Assembly: GCA_016213445.1 (NCBI GenBank)
Contig: JACRAJ010000002.1
Coordinates: 36,780-100,779, forward strand
Length of the DNA: 64,000 bases
Direction of reading: 5' to 3'
DNA from: Candidatus Azambacteria bacterium
GTDB taxonomy: Bacteria; Patescibacteriota; Minisyncoccia; UBA10092
Positions 48,326-57,361 of the stretch are shown here, one piece after another; positions within the stretch are counted from its first letter, which is position 1, and every line of letters begins with the position of its first letter. The position numbers were made by a program, and so were the translations under genes. The notes beneath the pieces are model-generated. The model had not been told where the DNA came from and did not search any database. It was given only the letters and a program-made list of their open reading frames with translations.

Positions 48326-48577
48326 TTATTTAAACGGATTAAGTTTTACTTTTTCAAGCGGATTGGCGGTAACATTTTCAAGCGGATTGGTGGCGGCGGA
48401 CTTAAAAGGATTCGCCGCCTCGGCCGCTTTTTTGGCTTCGGCTTCGGCTATAGCTTTGGCGTCGGCTTGCGCTTTTTTGTAGCCGATTTTATCGCCATAA
48501 TAATACCCTCCTCCAAGTCCCAAAAGAAGGGCTGCAATAACGGCAAAAATCCAAAGCAACGGTGATTTTTCTTCCAT
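48326..48577 (-). CDS. Small single-TM protein with ANPF/NPLE repeats
   Basis: TM-GGGYYYG, Ala/Lys helix, ANPFK-TNPLE-ANPLE-LNPFK. Confidence 0.7.
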   Translation of the reverse strand: MEEKSPLLWIFAVIAALLLGLGGGYYYGDKIGYKKAQADAKAIAEAEAKKAAEAANPFKSAATNPLENVTANPLEKVKLNPFK

Positions 48578-48831
48578 GATTTTTATTTATTTTAAATTAA
48601 TAATGATTATACGCATTTTACAATTTTTCCGCAATAATGCGAAATAAAATGTGGATAACTTTTCTTAAATTGCCTAAATCGCGGCTTTGGGATAATATGG
48701 ATAAATATTCCGATGGCAAACATTCTCATTATTTTTGGAAGTTTTACGATCGCGATCGCGATTGTTTTTTTTGGTGAAACGTTTCGTGATGCCCGGCGTT
48801 TTAAAACTTAAAGTTTCCAACCGATTTGCAA

Positions 48832-49518
48832 ATGGCTGACCAAACAAAAATACAACATCTCGGCATTATTATGGACGGCAACCGGCGCTGGGCGCGGTCG
48901 CGCGGCTTGTCGCCTTCCGAAGGCCATCGCGCCGGCTGTGAAAAAGCCAAAGAAGTTTTAAAATGGTGCCGCGAAGCGGAAATAAAAATTTTAACGCTTT
49001 ACGCTTTTTCAACCGAAAACTGGCGCCGCGCCAAAAGCGAAGTGAATTTTTTGATGAATATTTTTTATCGCATTCTCACCAAAGATATAAAAGAATTGCA
49101 TAAAAATAATGTCCGCGTGCGGATTGTCGGCCGCAAAGAAGACTTCTCCGAAAAACTTCAAAAAGCCATCGAGGAATCGGAAAAACTCACTGAAAACAAC
49201 ACCGGCATAATTTTAAATCTGGCGATCAATTACGGCGGCCGGCAGGAAATTGTCGACGCTTTCAATAAAATAATGGAAAATCCGCCGAAAAAAATCACCG
49301 AAAATATAATTTCTCAAAATATTTACACCGCGGGGCTTCCCGACCCGAATTTAATAATCAGAACTTCCGGCGAAATGCGGCTCTCCGGATTTTTAATGTG
49401 GCAAAGCGTTTATTCCGAACTGCGTTTCGTCAAGCGCCATTGGCCGGATTTTTCCAAAAAAGATTTCAACGACGCCTTAGCCGACTTTGCCAACAGGCAA
49501 AGAAGGTTTGGGAAATAA
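48832..49518 (+). CDS. uppS: Undecaprenyl diphosphate synthase
   Basis: IMDGNRRWA, FSTENW, NYGGR, RTSGEMRLS, RRFG. Confidence 0.97.
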   Translation: MADQTKIQHLGIIMDGNRRWARSRGLSPSEGHRAGCEKAKEVLKWCREAEIKILTLYAFSTENWRRAKSEVNFLMNIFYRILTKDIKELHKNNVRVRIVGRKEDFSEKLQKAIEESEKLTENNTGIILNLAINYGGRQEIVDAFNKIMENPPKKITENIISQNIYTAGLPDPNLIIRTSGEMRLSGFLMWQSVYSELRFVKRHWPDFSKKDFNDALADFANRQRRFGK

Positions 49519-49531
49519 GATTTTAAATTTG

Positions 49532-49602
49532 CACGGGATGGAGGAATCGAACCTCCGCCAACGGTTTTGGAGACCGTAGTACTACCACTATACTAATCCC
49601 GC
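49532..49602 (-). tRNA. tRNA-Trp(CCA)
   Basis: gcgggattagtatagtggtagtactacggtct-CCA-aaaccgt...ggttcgattcc. Confidence 0.93.
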
Positions 49603-49613
49603 CTGCTGAAAAA

Positions 49614-49775
49614 TTATTTCTTCGTTTCTTTGTGAACCGTGTGCTTGCGGCACCATTTGCAAAATCTGTTGAATTCCAGTTTTCTCGTAACCGTTTTCTT
49701 GTTTTTCTGCGTATGGTAATTAACCCGCTTGCACGCGGAGCATTGAAGTTTTATCGCTTTTTCCTGGGCTTTCAT
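49614..49775 (-). CDS. rpmG: 50S ribosomal protein bL33 (zinc-binding type); below ORF-track cutoff
   Basis: MKAQEKAIKLQCSACKRVNYHTQKNKKTVTRKLEFNRFCKWCRKHTVHKETKK. Confidence 0.95.
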   Translation of the reverse strand: MKAQEKAIKLQCSACKRVNYHTQKNKKTVTRKLEFNRFCKWCRKHTVHKETKK

Positions 49776-49813
49776 AAGTTTTTTTGAAATTAAATTATTA
49801 TTACGTATGCCAG

Positions 49814-49885
49814 AGCCAGCAGAGGGATTTGAACCCCCGACCTTCGCTTTACAAAAGCGTTGCTCTGCCGCTGAGCTATGCTGGC
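49814..49885 (-). tRNA. tRNA-Thr(UGU)
   Basis: gccagcatagctcagcggcagagcaacgcttt-TGT-aaagcga...ggttcaaatcc. Confidence 0.93.
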
Positions 49886-49986
49886 ATAGGCTGTCATTTC
49901 AAACTTAATCCATGATACTTAATTAAAATGAATTTTTCAAGAAAAAACAAGGCCAGCTGTCGATACCGTTCCAGCTGGCCGAAATA

Positions 49987-50196
49987 CTATGCATTAATAG
50001 GGATCGTTCTGCGCCTGTTTTCTTCTATCTGTTCTAGCAAAATTTTTTTCACCGCCTTTTTATGAAAAAGGCAATACGGCAATTTGTAATGAAAATTACC
50101 GCTTTCTCCTTCCACTACCCCCACGGAAGGCTCCCTGCAAAAAAAACAACATCTCGAAACCACATCTTCCGAAAATTTTAATTCCTTTTTTTCCAT
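49987..50196 (-). CDS. Small hypothetical protein, possible Zn finger
   Basis: AAGGAGGTG RBS; CFFC...CLFH; downstream ggccagctg/cagctggcc hairpin with T run. Confidence 0.55.
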   Translation of the reverse strand: MEKKELKFSEDVVSRCCFFCREPSVGVVEGESGNFHYKLPYCLFHKKAVKKILLEQIEENRRRTIPINA

Positions 50197-50251
50197 TTCA
50201 TTTCACCTCCTTCCATTTTTTATTTTTTTAACGAACATCAAACACTACCGG

Positions 50252-50334
50252 TGCGCAGGGAGGGATTCGAACCCCCGTAGCCCGAAGGCGTCAGATTTAC
50301 AGTCTGATGTAATTGACCGCTCTACCACCTGCGC
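50252..50334 (-). tRNA. tRNA-Tyr(GUA)
   Basis: tcagact-GTA-aatctga, long variable arm gcc-ttcg-ggc. Confidence 0.95.
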
Positions 50335-50350
50335 GCGCTAAATAAGCGAG

Positions 50351-50423
50351 AGCCAACGCGCGGAATCGAACCGCGGACCTACTCCTTACCATGGAGTTGC
50401 TCTACCGACTGAGCTACGTTGGC
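50351..50423 (-). tRNA. tRNA-Thr(GGU)
   Basis: gccaacgtagctcagtcggtagagcaactccat-GGT-aaggagt...ggttcgattcc. Confidence 0.95.
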
Positions 50424-50930
50424 ATTAGCTGATTTTTTTCTGGTTCTTCCGACAACTTTATTAACTTTAACAGCCGGCTTAATATCGAGAAAACTCTCCA
50501 TTTCCGGATTCGATTTTAAAGCCAAGTTTATTTTTACTTCCTGCGCCGATTCCGGCAACCCGCTTGGCGCAGATTCTTTTTTTTCGCTTGCGAAATCCTT
50601 CCAAAAATCAACATTATTGCCCGAACCGCTCGCGCCGTTCATCGCTTTGTCTTTTTCCGATATTTTTCCGATAAGCTTCATTAAATGATTATCGGTTTTC
50701 AAAAGAACAAGCCTCGCCTTATGCAGAAATTTCTGGCTGGAAGAAAGCGACCGGGCCTTCGCGGCATCCAAAGGCAACTGGTTTATCCAATCGGCCAATT
50801 TCGCCTTCAAACTGAATTCCGAAACATCCGCTTCTCCATTTTCTTCGAAAGCGGACAGATGATTCGAAATGACATAGAGCGCGCCTCCCAGCCCCATTAT
50901 CAACAGTGAAATTGGAAACAAATTAAACAT
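50379..50930 (-). CDS. Membrane-anchored hypothetical protein (3' end overlaps tRNA-Thr)
   Basis: N-terminal TM; KFLHKARLVLLKTDN segment. Confidence 0.65.
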   Translation of the reverse strand: MFNLFPISLLIMGLGGALYVISNHLSAFEENGEADVSEFSLKAKLADWINQLPLDAAKARSLSSSQKFLHKARLVLLKTDNHLMKLIGKISEKDKAMNGASGSGNNVDFWKDFASEKKESAPSGLPESAQEVKINLALKSNPEMESFLDIKPAVKVNKVVGRTRKKSANANVAQSVEQLHGKE

Positions 50931-50948
50931 GGTTTTTGCTGTTTAACA

Positions 50949-51398
50949 TTAAATTTCAAATCGGCAAAATTCGCCGACTTTGATATTTTCTCCCAGTTTG
51001 GCGATATAATCTTTAATGAGAGCGTCAATCGTCATATCCTGGTCGCGAACATACGGTTGCGCCAAAAAATCTTCAACGCTTGCCGGATTCATGGCGGCGA
51101 TGTGCATTGCCAATTCATGACCGAGTTTTTTAAACTGTTCGGTTCGCGCCACGAAATCGGTTTCGCATAAAATTTTCACCATCACGCCGACTTTATTGTT
51201 GGCATGAATATAAGAACAAATAATCCCCTCGCCCGTTTCCCGGCCGGCTTTTTTTGCCGCCACCGTCGCTCCCCTGTCTTGGAGCAATTTCAAAGCCCGC
51301 TCAATTTCGCCGCCGGCTTCTTCGAGAGCTTTGCGAATGGCGTCAACCGAAACTCCGGTCATACTGCGAATTTTTTTCAAATCCTCGATTTTCACCAT
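50949..51398 (-). CDS. tsf: Elongation factor Ts (short form)
   Basis: IR..TG, AAKKAGRETGEG, CETDFVAR, LGENIKV..F.RFE. Confidence 0.95.
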   Translation of the reverse strand: MVKIEDLKKIRSMTGVSVDAIRKALEEAGGEIERALKLLQDRGATVAAKKAGRETGEGIICSYIHANNKVGVMVKILCETDFVARTEQFKKLGHELAMHIAAMNPASVEDFLAQPYVRDQDMTIDALIKDYIAKLGENIKVGEFCRFEI

Positions 51399-52132
51399 TA
51401 TTTTTTAATTTCTTCTTTAACTTCCGCCGGTTCCGATATTTTAACGCCGATCAACGCGTCTCGCACGAAGTTTAAAATAAAACTTACGGCGTTAAGGGAA
51501 TTATCGGCGGCCGGGATCGGATAATTAAAAAGAGTCGGATCGGCGTTGGTGTTAACGATGCCGACCACCGGCACATTTTTCTTTACGGCTTCATTCACGG
51601 CAATTTTATCATAATGAGCGGAGCTCACCCAAATAGCATCCGGCAATCGATTTAAATTAACCAAGCCGCCCAAATCTTTTCTTAATTTTTTAATCTTTTC
51701 TTCCAGCTTCGAAACTTCGTATTTGGTATATTTGGCGAATTCGCCGGCCGCTTTCTGGCTTTCAATATTTTTAAGATAATCGATGCGGCGGCTGATAGTT
51801 GGAAAATTGGTGAAAATTCCGCCAAGCCAACGCTCGGTAACATACGGCATATTCAGATCCTCGGCCGTTTTTTTAGTAACATCCTTGGCGGCAAAACCCG
51901 TGCCGACAAACAAAATAACGCCGCTCTTTTTCTTAATGCTCGCGAGAAAATCAACCGCGCGCTCCAGATTTTCTTTCGACTTTTCCAAATCGATAATCTG
52001 AAATACGTTCTTATTCGACCAAACATACGGTTTCATTTTCGGATGGCCATGCGATCTTAAAGCGCCCAAATGGAGCCCGCGCAAAGCGAGAGATTCCAAA
52101 TCCGATTTCAAAGCATTGTCTTTTGTTTCCAT
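51398..52132 (-). CDS. rpsB: 30S ribosomal protein uS2
   Basis: HPKMKPY, LFVGT, RWLGGIFTNF, NTNADP. Confidence 0.95.
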   Translation of the reverse strand: METKDNALKSDLESLALRGLHLGALRSHGHPKMKPYVWSNKNVFQIIDLEKSKENLERAVDFLASIKKKSGVILFVGTGFAAKDVTKKTAEDLNMPYVTERWLGGIFTNFPTISRRIDYLKNIESQKAAGEFAKYTKYEVSKLEEKIKKLRKDLGGLVNLNRLPDAIWVSSAHYDKIAVNEAVKKNVPVVGIVNTNADPTLFNYPIPAADNSLNAVSFILNFVRDALIGVKISEPAEVKEEIKK

Positions 52133-52170
52133 AATTTCATGATGATAACAAAGTTAACTAAACTTGACAA

Positions 52171-52218
52171 GCCCCGTTAGAAATTTTTAGCCGCTTCGCG
52201 GCTTATTTCTAACGGGGC
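52171..52218. repeat. REP-like hairpin
   Basis: gccccgttagaaat...atttctaacggggc 14-bp IR with inner agccgc-ttc-gcggct. Confidence 0.75.
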
Positions 52219-52278
52219 AAGAGGTTTTTAGGATTGACAGAAATTAATTATTATTCTAAAATTAGAAAATCAAAATAT

Positions 52279-52506
52279 ATGAAAAAAGAAATTCATCCAA
52301 AATATCACGCCGATGCCAAGGTTAAATGCGCCTGCGGCAATTCTTTCACGGTCGGCTCCACCGCGCCGGAAATTAACGTTGAAATCTGTTCAAAGTGCCA
52401 CCCTTTTTACACCGGAAAAGATAAAATTATAGATACCGCCGGACGCGTTGAGCGCTTCAAGAAACGCGCCGAAAAAACCACGGCCAAAAAACGAAAGTTA
52501 AAGTGA
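52279..52506 (+). CDS. rpmE: 50S ribosomal protein bL31
   Basis: [30 protein letters not shown]. Confidence 0.97.
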   Translation: MKKEIHPKYHADAKVKCACGNSFTVGSTAPEINVEICSKCHPFYTGKDKIIDTAGRVERFKKRAEKTTAKKRKLK

Positions 52507-53249
52507 TAAGCGTGAGCGACAATCAAAAATTAATTATAGAAATAAGAGCCGGCGTCGGCGGTGATGAGGCCGGTCTTTTTGCATTTGAACTTTGGCGAAT
52601 GTACAGCCGATTCGCCCAGCGCCGGGGCTTTAAAACGGAGACGGTTGATTCTTCGCAATCAAGCGCAGGCGGCATAAAAAATCTCGTCGCTCAAATTGAC
52701 GGGCCGGACGCTTACGCGTTGTTTAAATACGAATCCGGAGTTCACCGAGTCCAAAGAATTCCTAAAACTGAAAAAAGCGGCCGCATCCATACCTCAACCG
52801 TTTCGGTGGCAATTTTAAAAGAGGTACCGGAAAAAGAAGTTATTATCAATTCGCAAGACATTAGAATTGACACTTTCAGGGCTTCCGGGCCGGGCGGCCA
52901 GAACGTGAACAAAGTTGAAACCGCCATAAGAATCACCCACTTGCCCACCGGCATTGTCGTCGCCTCCCAAACCCAGCGCTCCCAACAGCAAAATCGCGAA
53001 AGGGCCTTGGCGATTTTAAGGGCAAAACTCGCGGAAATTGAAAAAGAAAAGATTGCGGGGCAAATCAGTTTGGAAAGAAAAGCGCAAATCGGCTCGGGCG
53101 AAAGAGTTGAAAAAATCAGGACCTATAATTTCCCTCAAGACAGAATCACCGACCATCGCGTCGGAAAATCCTGGCATCACATGGAAAAAATACTGGATGG
53201 CAACATGGAACCGATAATTGAAGCGCTAACAAAAAAAATCGATAAATAA
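52503..53249 (+). CDS. prfA: Peptide chain release factor 1, N-terminally truncated
   Basis: [14 protein letters not shown] (PxT) motif, GPGGQ, RTYNFPQ. Confidence 0.92.
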   Translation: MISVSDNQKLIIEIRAGVGGDEAGLFAFELWRMYSRFAQRRGFKTETVDSSQSSAGGIKNLVAQIDGPDAYALFKYESGVHRVQRIPKTEKSGRIHTSTVSVAILKEVPEKEVIINSQDIRIDTFRASGPGGQNVNKVETAIRITHLPTGIVVASQTQRSQQQNRERALAILRAKLAEIEKEKIAGQISLERKAQIGSGERVEKIRTYNFPQDRITDHRVGKSWHHMEKILDGNMEPIIEALTKKIDK

Positions 53250-53337
53250 ACAAACTAAAAACAACCCGCGAGAAAATGATGCGGGGTTGTTTTTAACAAG
53301 CGAGAAAAATTATATTCGGTTTTTATTTAAAGTAAAT

Positions 53338-54606
53338 TTATTTCCCCTGCAAAGCGTCGATGTCTTTTTGAATTTTAGTAGCGGCGGCCATAACGTTATT
53401 TGAGTAAATTCTGGCCGTAAGAGAAGTATTCCACCGGCTGCCGGCGATATACATTTTTGCGGCTTTGCTTTCCGCCGCGTATGTTTGCTTGTTGGCGTCG
53501 GACTGCGCGAGCATCAAACCGCAAGCTGTAAACGCGTCCCTGATATTCCAGGGCGACGCCGGACGCCGGCCCGTTAAATTAGCCACCGCATCGGCGTACA
53601 AAAGCCATGTTGTCGGTATGAATTGCGCCGGTCCCATAGCTCCGCCCCATCCGTAAGACGGCTTTTTGGAAACCGGGGTCGAATCGGGATTAAGCCCCAA
53701 TAAACTTGTTATTTGCTGGAAAGCGTTGAAATCCCTCGGTGCCATATCTTGTTTCCAATTCCCCTTGCCAACGTTCCCTCCCCAGTCGGATTCGATTTTT
53801 AAAATTGCCATAAGAAAAGCCGCTCTCACCCCGGTTAATTGCGATGCCATCGTGGCGTTTTTCAATGCTTCTTCAAAAGTCATTTTGAAGCCCATCGCCA
53901 AGTCATAAGGCTGGTTTCTGATTTTATCCAAATCTTCCCGCGCCTTGCTTAAAAGTTGCTGGTAAGATTTTTCTTGTCCTTTGGTTTGATCAAGAAGCTT
54001 TTGCTTTTGTTTTTTTGAATTTTGCAATCCGGCTTTCTGCCGGTTTTGCATATTTTTAAGCTGTTGCTGTTCAGCCCTGTCGGATTCCAAATCTTCTTTT
54101 TCCTGAACAAGTTTCGCTTTCAAATCTTTAATGGTCGCCAGCGTATCCTGAATTTGGCTTTGGATATTGCTTGAATAATTCAGATCGCCGAAAAAGTCGG
54201 AAAATTTATCGTTTTTAAGTAAAAATTCCAAAAGAGAGCCGGCGTCATTTCTGGCTGCTTGCCTTAAATATTGGGCTAAAATTCCGTTTTGCCTGTTAAT
54301 TTCATTTTCTTGCAAAACGATATCGTTTTCTTTTTCGCGAATAGCCGAAGTGAGCCGGCCAATAACTAAGTTCGTGGCGTCAATTTCCGCCTGCGCTTGT
54401 TTTATTTGCAAGTCAAAAATGGCAATTTGATTGGCCAAACTTTGCGCTTCCTGTTCTTTTTCTTGAATTTGCTGGGAATACCGATCAATTGAAGCTTCGA
54501 GTTGCTTTATTTTATCGTCGCGCGAATCGGCGAAAACCGCTTTGGCGGCGAAAATCGAAAAAAACAATAAACAAAATAAAAACAACAAACGTGCGGATTT
54601 TTTCAT
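53338..54606 (-). CDS. Coiled-coil + lytic transglycosylase (MltB/SLT_2-like) cell-wall hydrolase
   Basis: Signal peptide, PcsB-like coiled coil, IES.WG.N.G, GAMGPAQFIPTTW. Confidence 0.85.
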   Translation of the reverse strand: MKKSARLLFLFCLLFFSIFAAKAVFADSRDDKIKQLEASIDRYSQQIQEKEQEAQSLANQIAIFDLQIKQAQAEIDATNLVIGRLTSAIREKENDIVLQENEINRQNGILAQYLRQAARNDAGSLLEFLLKNDKFSDFFGDLNYSSNIQSQIQDTLATIKDLKAKLVQEKEDLESDRAEQQQLKNMQNRQKAGLQNSKKQKQKLLDQTKGQEKSYQQLLSKAREDLDKIRNQPYDLAMGFKMTFEEALKNATMASQLTGVRAAFLMAILKIESDWGGNVGKGNWKQDMAPRDFNAFQQITSLLGLNPDSTPVSKKPSYGWGGAMGPAQFIPTTWLLYADAVANLTGRRPASPWNIRDAFTACGLMLAQSDANKQTYAAESKAAKMYIAGSRWNTSLTARIYSNNVMAAATKIQKDIDALQGK

Positions 54607-54629
54607 TAAAATAACGGCTTAATTTTAAA

Positions 54630-55334
54630 TTAAGCTGCCGCTTCAGATTTTTCTTTAGCTTCCCGTTCTTTCACTTTTTCTTCAGTTTCAACTTTCACTT
54701 CCTCCACTTTTTCTTCAACCGCGCCCCGCAAGGCTTCAATTTCGGCTTCAGACCTGGGAGGAGTGATACTTGCAACCGAAGTATCGCCGTTTTCCAGCGC
54801 TTCAACATTTTTTGGCAGCTTTATGTCTTTCACCGTAATTATATCATCAAATGTCTTAAGATGGGAAATATCTATCTCAATTTGGTGGGGCAAGTCGGCC
54901 GGCAAAGCCCTCACTTTCAATTCGTGAACAGCCTTAACCAAGATGCCGTCCAAATCGGAAACAGCCGGAGCAATACCGACAAAAACAAGCGGCACGTCGG
55001 CGGTTATTTTTTCATCCATTTTCACTTCGTAAAAATCGATATGGTTTATTTGGTCGGTAAGCGGATCGCGGCTGATGTCATGTATTAAAACATTTTTCCA
55101 GCCAAAAGCTGGTCCGCCTTTGGCGGAAACTTTTTCCTCATTTATAAACAATTTTATCAAAGTGGTTTCGCCGGCGGTTTTAAAAACCTTTAAAAATTCT
55201 TTCAAATTCAATTCGAGAGGAATACTGCCATCTTTGCCGCCATAAACAACCGCTGGAACAATGCCGTTCCTTCTTAAAGATTTTACTTTTTTACCCAAGA
55301 GGGTCCTGTTTTTTCCTTTCAATTCCAAAGTCAT
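54630..55334 (-). CDS. rplY: 50S ribosomal protein bL25/Ctc
   Basis: LRRNGIVPAVVYG, HIDF, VPLVFVG. Confidence 0.95.
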   Translation of the reverse strand: MTLELKGKNRTLLGKKVKSLRRNGIVPAVVYGGKDGSIPLELNLKEFLKVFKTAGETTLIKLFINEEKVSAKGGPAFGWKNVLIHDISRDPLTDQINHIDFYEVKMDEKITADVPLVFVGIAPAVSDLDGILVKAVHELKVRALPADLPHQIEIDISHLKTFDDIITVKDIKLPKNVEALENGDTSVASITPPRSEAEIEALRGAVEEKVEEVKVETEEKVKEREAKEKSEAAA

Positions 55335-55393
55335 TGTTTTAATCAAGTTTAATTACGAAAATCATACTATCAGATATCTGCAACAAAATCAAC

Positions 55394-56362
55394 TCATTCC
55401 ACGAGATTTGGAGGGGTGCGGCCTTCGAGCGCTTCGATGATGTTGGCTGCCGCCAAAGCCGACATTTTTGATCTCGTTTCTTCCGTTGCCGAAGCGATAT
55501 GCGGCGTTAAAACAATATTATCGAGCGCAAGCAGTTCCGGCGTTATGTTCGGCTCGAATTCAAAAACATCCAAAGCTGCGCCTTTTATTATTTTGTTCGC
55601 CAGGGCGTAAGCCAAAGCCGCTTCGTCGACAACGGGTCCCCGCGAAGTGTTTATCAGATAAGCCGAAAATTTCATCAATTTCAAATTTTCCGCATTGATT
55701 AAATGGCGCGTCGAATCAAGAAGCGGCACGTGAATGGAAATAAAATCGGATTGTTTTAACACATCTTCAAGCGGCGCGTAGACGGCGGAAAATTCTTTTT
55801 CAAATTCTTCGTTTCTTTTAACATCGTAATAAACGGCTTTCATATCAAAACCTTTCACGGCGTGGCGAGCCACGCGCGATCCAATGCGGCCAAGGCCGAT
55901 AATGCCAATGGTCTTTTCAAACAAATCATTTCCCAAAAGAAGCCGCGGCGCCCAGCCTTGATATTTTAGAGCTCTGACAAACTTGTCGGCCTCGGCTATT
56001 CTGTGAGCGATAGCCAGCATCAAAGCGAAAGTATGCTCGGCAACCGTATTGGTTAAAACTCCCGGCGTATTGGTAATCATTACATTTCTTTTTTTGGCTT
56101 CCGCCACATCGATATTATTGAAACCGGTGGCATAATTGGCGAAAATTTTGCATTGCGGACCGGCGGCGTCAAAAACTTTCGCGTCGATTTCGTCGGTCAA
56201 AAGGCATAAAACCGCATCGTAATTTTTGCCCTTTATCGCCTCAATTAATTCTTCTCTCATTAAAACCAAATCTTCGGGATTGACAACAACCTCATAACCT
56301 TTATTTTTGAGCATTTCGATTCCGCTTTCCGGAATCATTCTTGTTATATATATTTTTGGCAT
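55394..56362 (-). CDS. D-2-hydroxyacid (glyoxylate/glycerate) dehydrogenase
   Basis: NTPGVLT, GLGRIG, INTSRGPVVDE, LDVFE.EP, TPHIAS. Confidence 0.93.
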   Translation of the reverse strand: MPKIYITRMIPESGIEMLKNKGYEVVVNPEDLVLMREELIEAIKGKNYDAVLCLLTDEIDAKVFDAAGPQCKIFANYATGFNNIDVAEAKKRNVMITNTPGVLTNTVAEHTFALMLAIAHRIAEADKFVRALKYQGWAPRLLLGNDLFEKTIGIIGLGRIGSRVARHAVKGFDMKAVYYDVKRNEEFEKEFSAVYAPLEDVLKQSDFISIHVPLLDSTRHLINAENLKLMKFSAYLINTSRGPVVDEAALAYALANKIIKGAALDVFEFEPNITPELLALDNIVLTPHIASATEETRSKMSALAAANIIEALEGRTPPNLVE

Positions 56363-56366
56363 AATT

Positions 56367-57260
56367 TTATATTTTATTTACGCTTCCGAAAATTTTTAAT
56401 TTTTCTTCAATGACTTTTTTCATCGCGCCGACTGTCGGCGCGAGAATTTTATAAGGCGTAGTTTCATCGGGAATTTTCGCCAAAGATTCTTTCAGCGCTT
56501 CGGTGAAAGCGACGCGAATTTCGGTGTTGATGTGAACCACCGACACTCCCGCTTCAATCGCGCTTTTAAAATCCGCTTCCGAAAGCCCCGAACCGCCGTG
56601 CAAAACCAGATAAATATCATTGCCGACGGCTTTTTTTATCTCCGCAATTCTGGCAATGTCGATTTTTTCCTCGCTCTCGGTAACGATGCCGTGAATATTC
56701 CCCACCGCCGGCGCCAGCATATCGATGCCAGTTTCCCGCGCGAAGCGCGCCGCCTCTTCGGGCTTGGTCAAATCTTCCGGATTTATTTCAACGACTTTTT
56801 GCAGTTTGGAATCGCCTCTCACATATCCCAATTCGCCTTCGACGATTATGCCCGGATTTTTTGATTTGGCGTATTCAACGCTTTGCTTCGTCAATTTTAG
56901 ATTTTCTTCAAACGGCAAGGCGGAAAAATCGGCCAATACGGCGTCATAGCCCGCGTCAACCGCTTCTTTTACGCCCTCAAAAGTTTTAGTGTGATCGGCG
57001 TTTAAAAATACGGGGATGCCTCCGCCAAAGGCGGATCCGCCTTTGGCGGAAAATTCTTCCCGAAACGCTTTAACAAGAGCCGCGGCTTCTTTAACGCCGA
57101 TATGTTTTCTCTCCCCTTCCGAAGTTCCGACAAAAACGGGTGTTTTAAATTCAACCGCGGATTCGACGATCGCGCGCAACGCCTCGTCTTCGGAGAAATT
57201 AAAATGTCCCAGCGCCCACTTATTAACAACCGCATCTTTTAAATAATCTTTTATAGCCAT
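56367..57260 (-). CDS. fba: Class II fructose-bisphosphate aldolase
   Basis: NADH, VEGELG, APAVGNIHG, LHGGSG, INTE. Confidence 0.93.
   Translation of the reverse strand: MAIKDYLKDAVVNKWALGHFNFSEDEALRAIVESAVEFKTPVFVGTSEGERKHIGVKEAAALVKAFREEFSAKGGSAFGGGIPVFLNADHTKTFEGVKEAVDAGYDAVLADFSALPFEENLKLTKQSVEYAKSKNPGIIVEGELGYVRGDSKLQKVVEINPEDLTKPEEAARFARETGIDMLAPAVGNIHGIVTESEEKIDIARIAEIKKAVGNDIYLVLHGGSGLSEADFKSAIEAGVSVVHINTEIRVAFTEALKESLAKIPDETTPYKILAPTVGAMKKVIEEKLKIFGSVNKI
57021..57050. repeat. In-frame palindromic element (SAKGGSAFGG) in fba
   Basis: tccgccaaaggcggatccgcctttggcgga. Confidence 0.9.
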
Positions 57261-57361
57261 AAGTTTAAAAATGATAATTTTTTTAAAAAACAATATAAAT
57301 TATTTTCCTCGCGCGCTCATTGCGCCGGCTTTTTATAATTTTATAATTTTAATTTTAAATT

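Noticed and set aside
49532..49602. Alternative genetic code (UGA=Gly, as in Gracilibacteria)
   Set aside because: TGA terminates conserved genes such as secF, secA and rpmE at the expected positions
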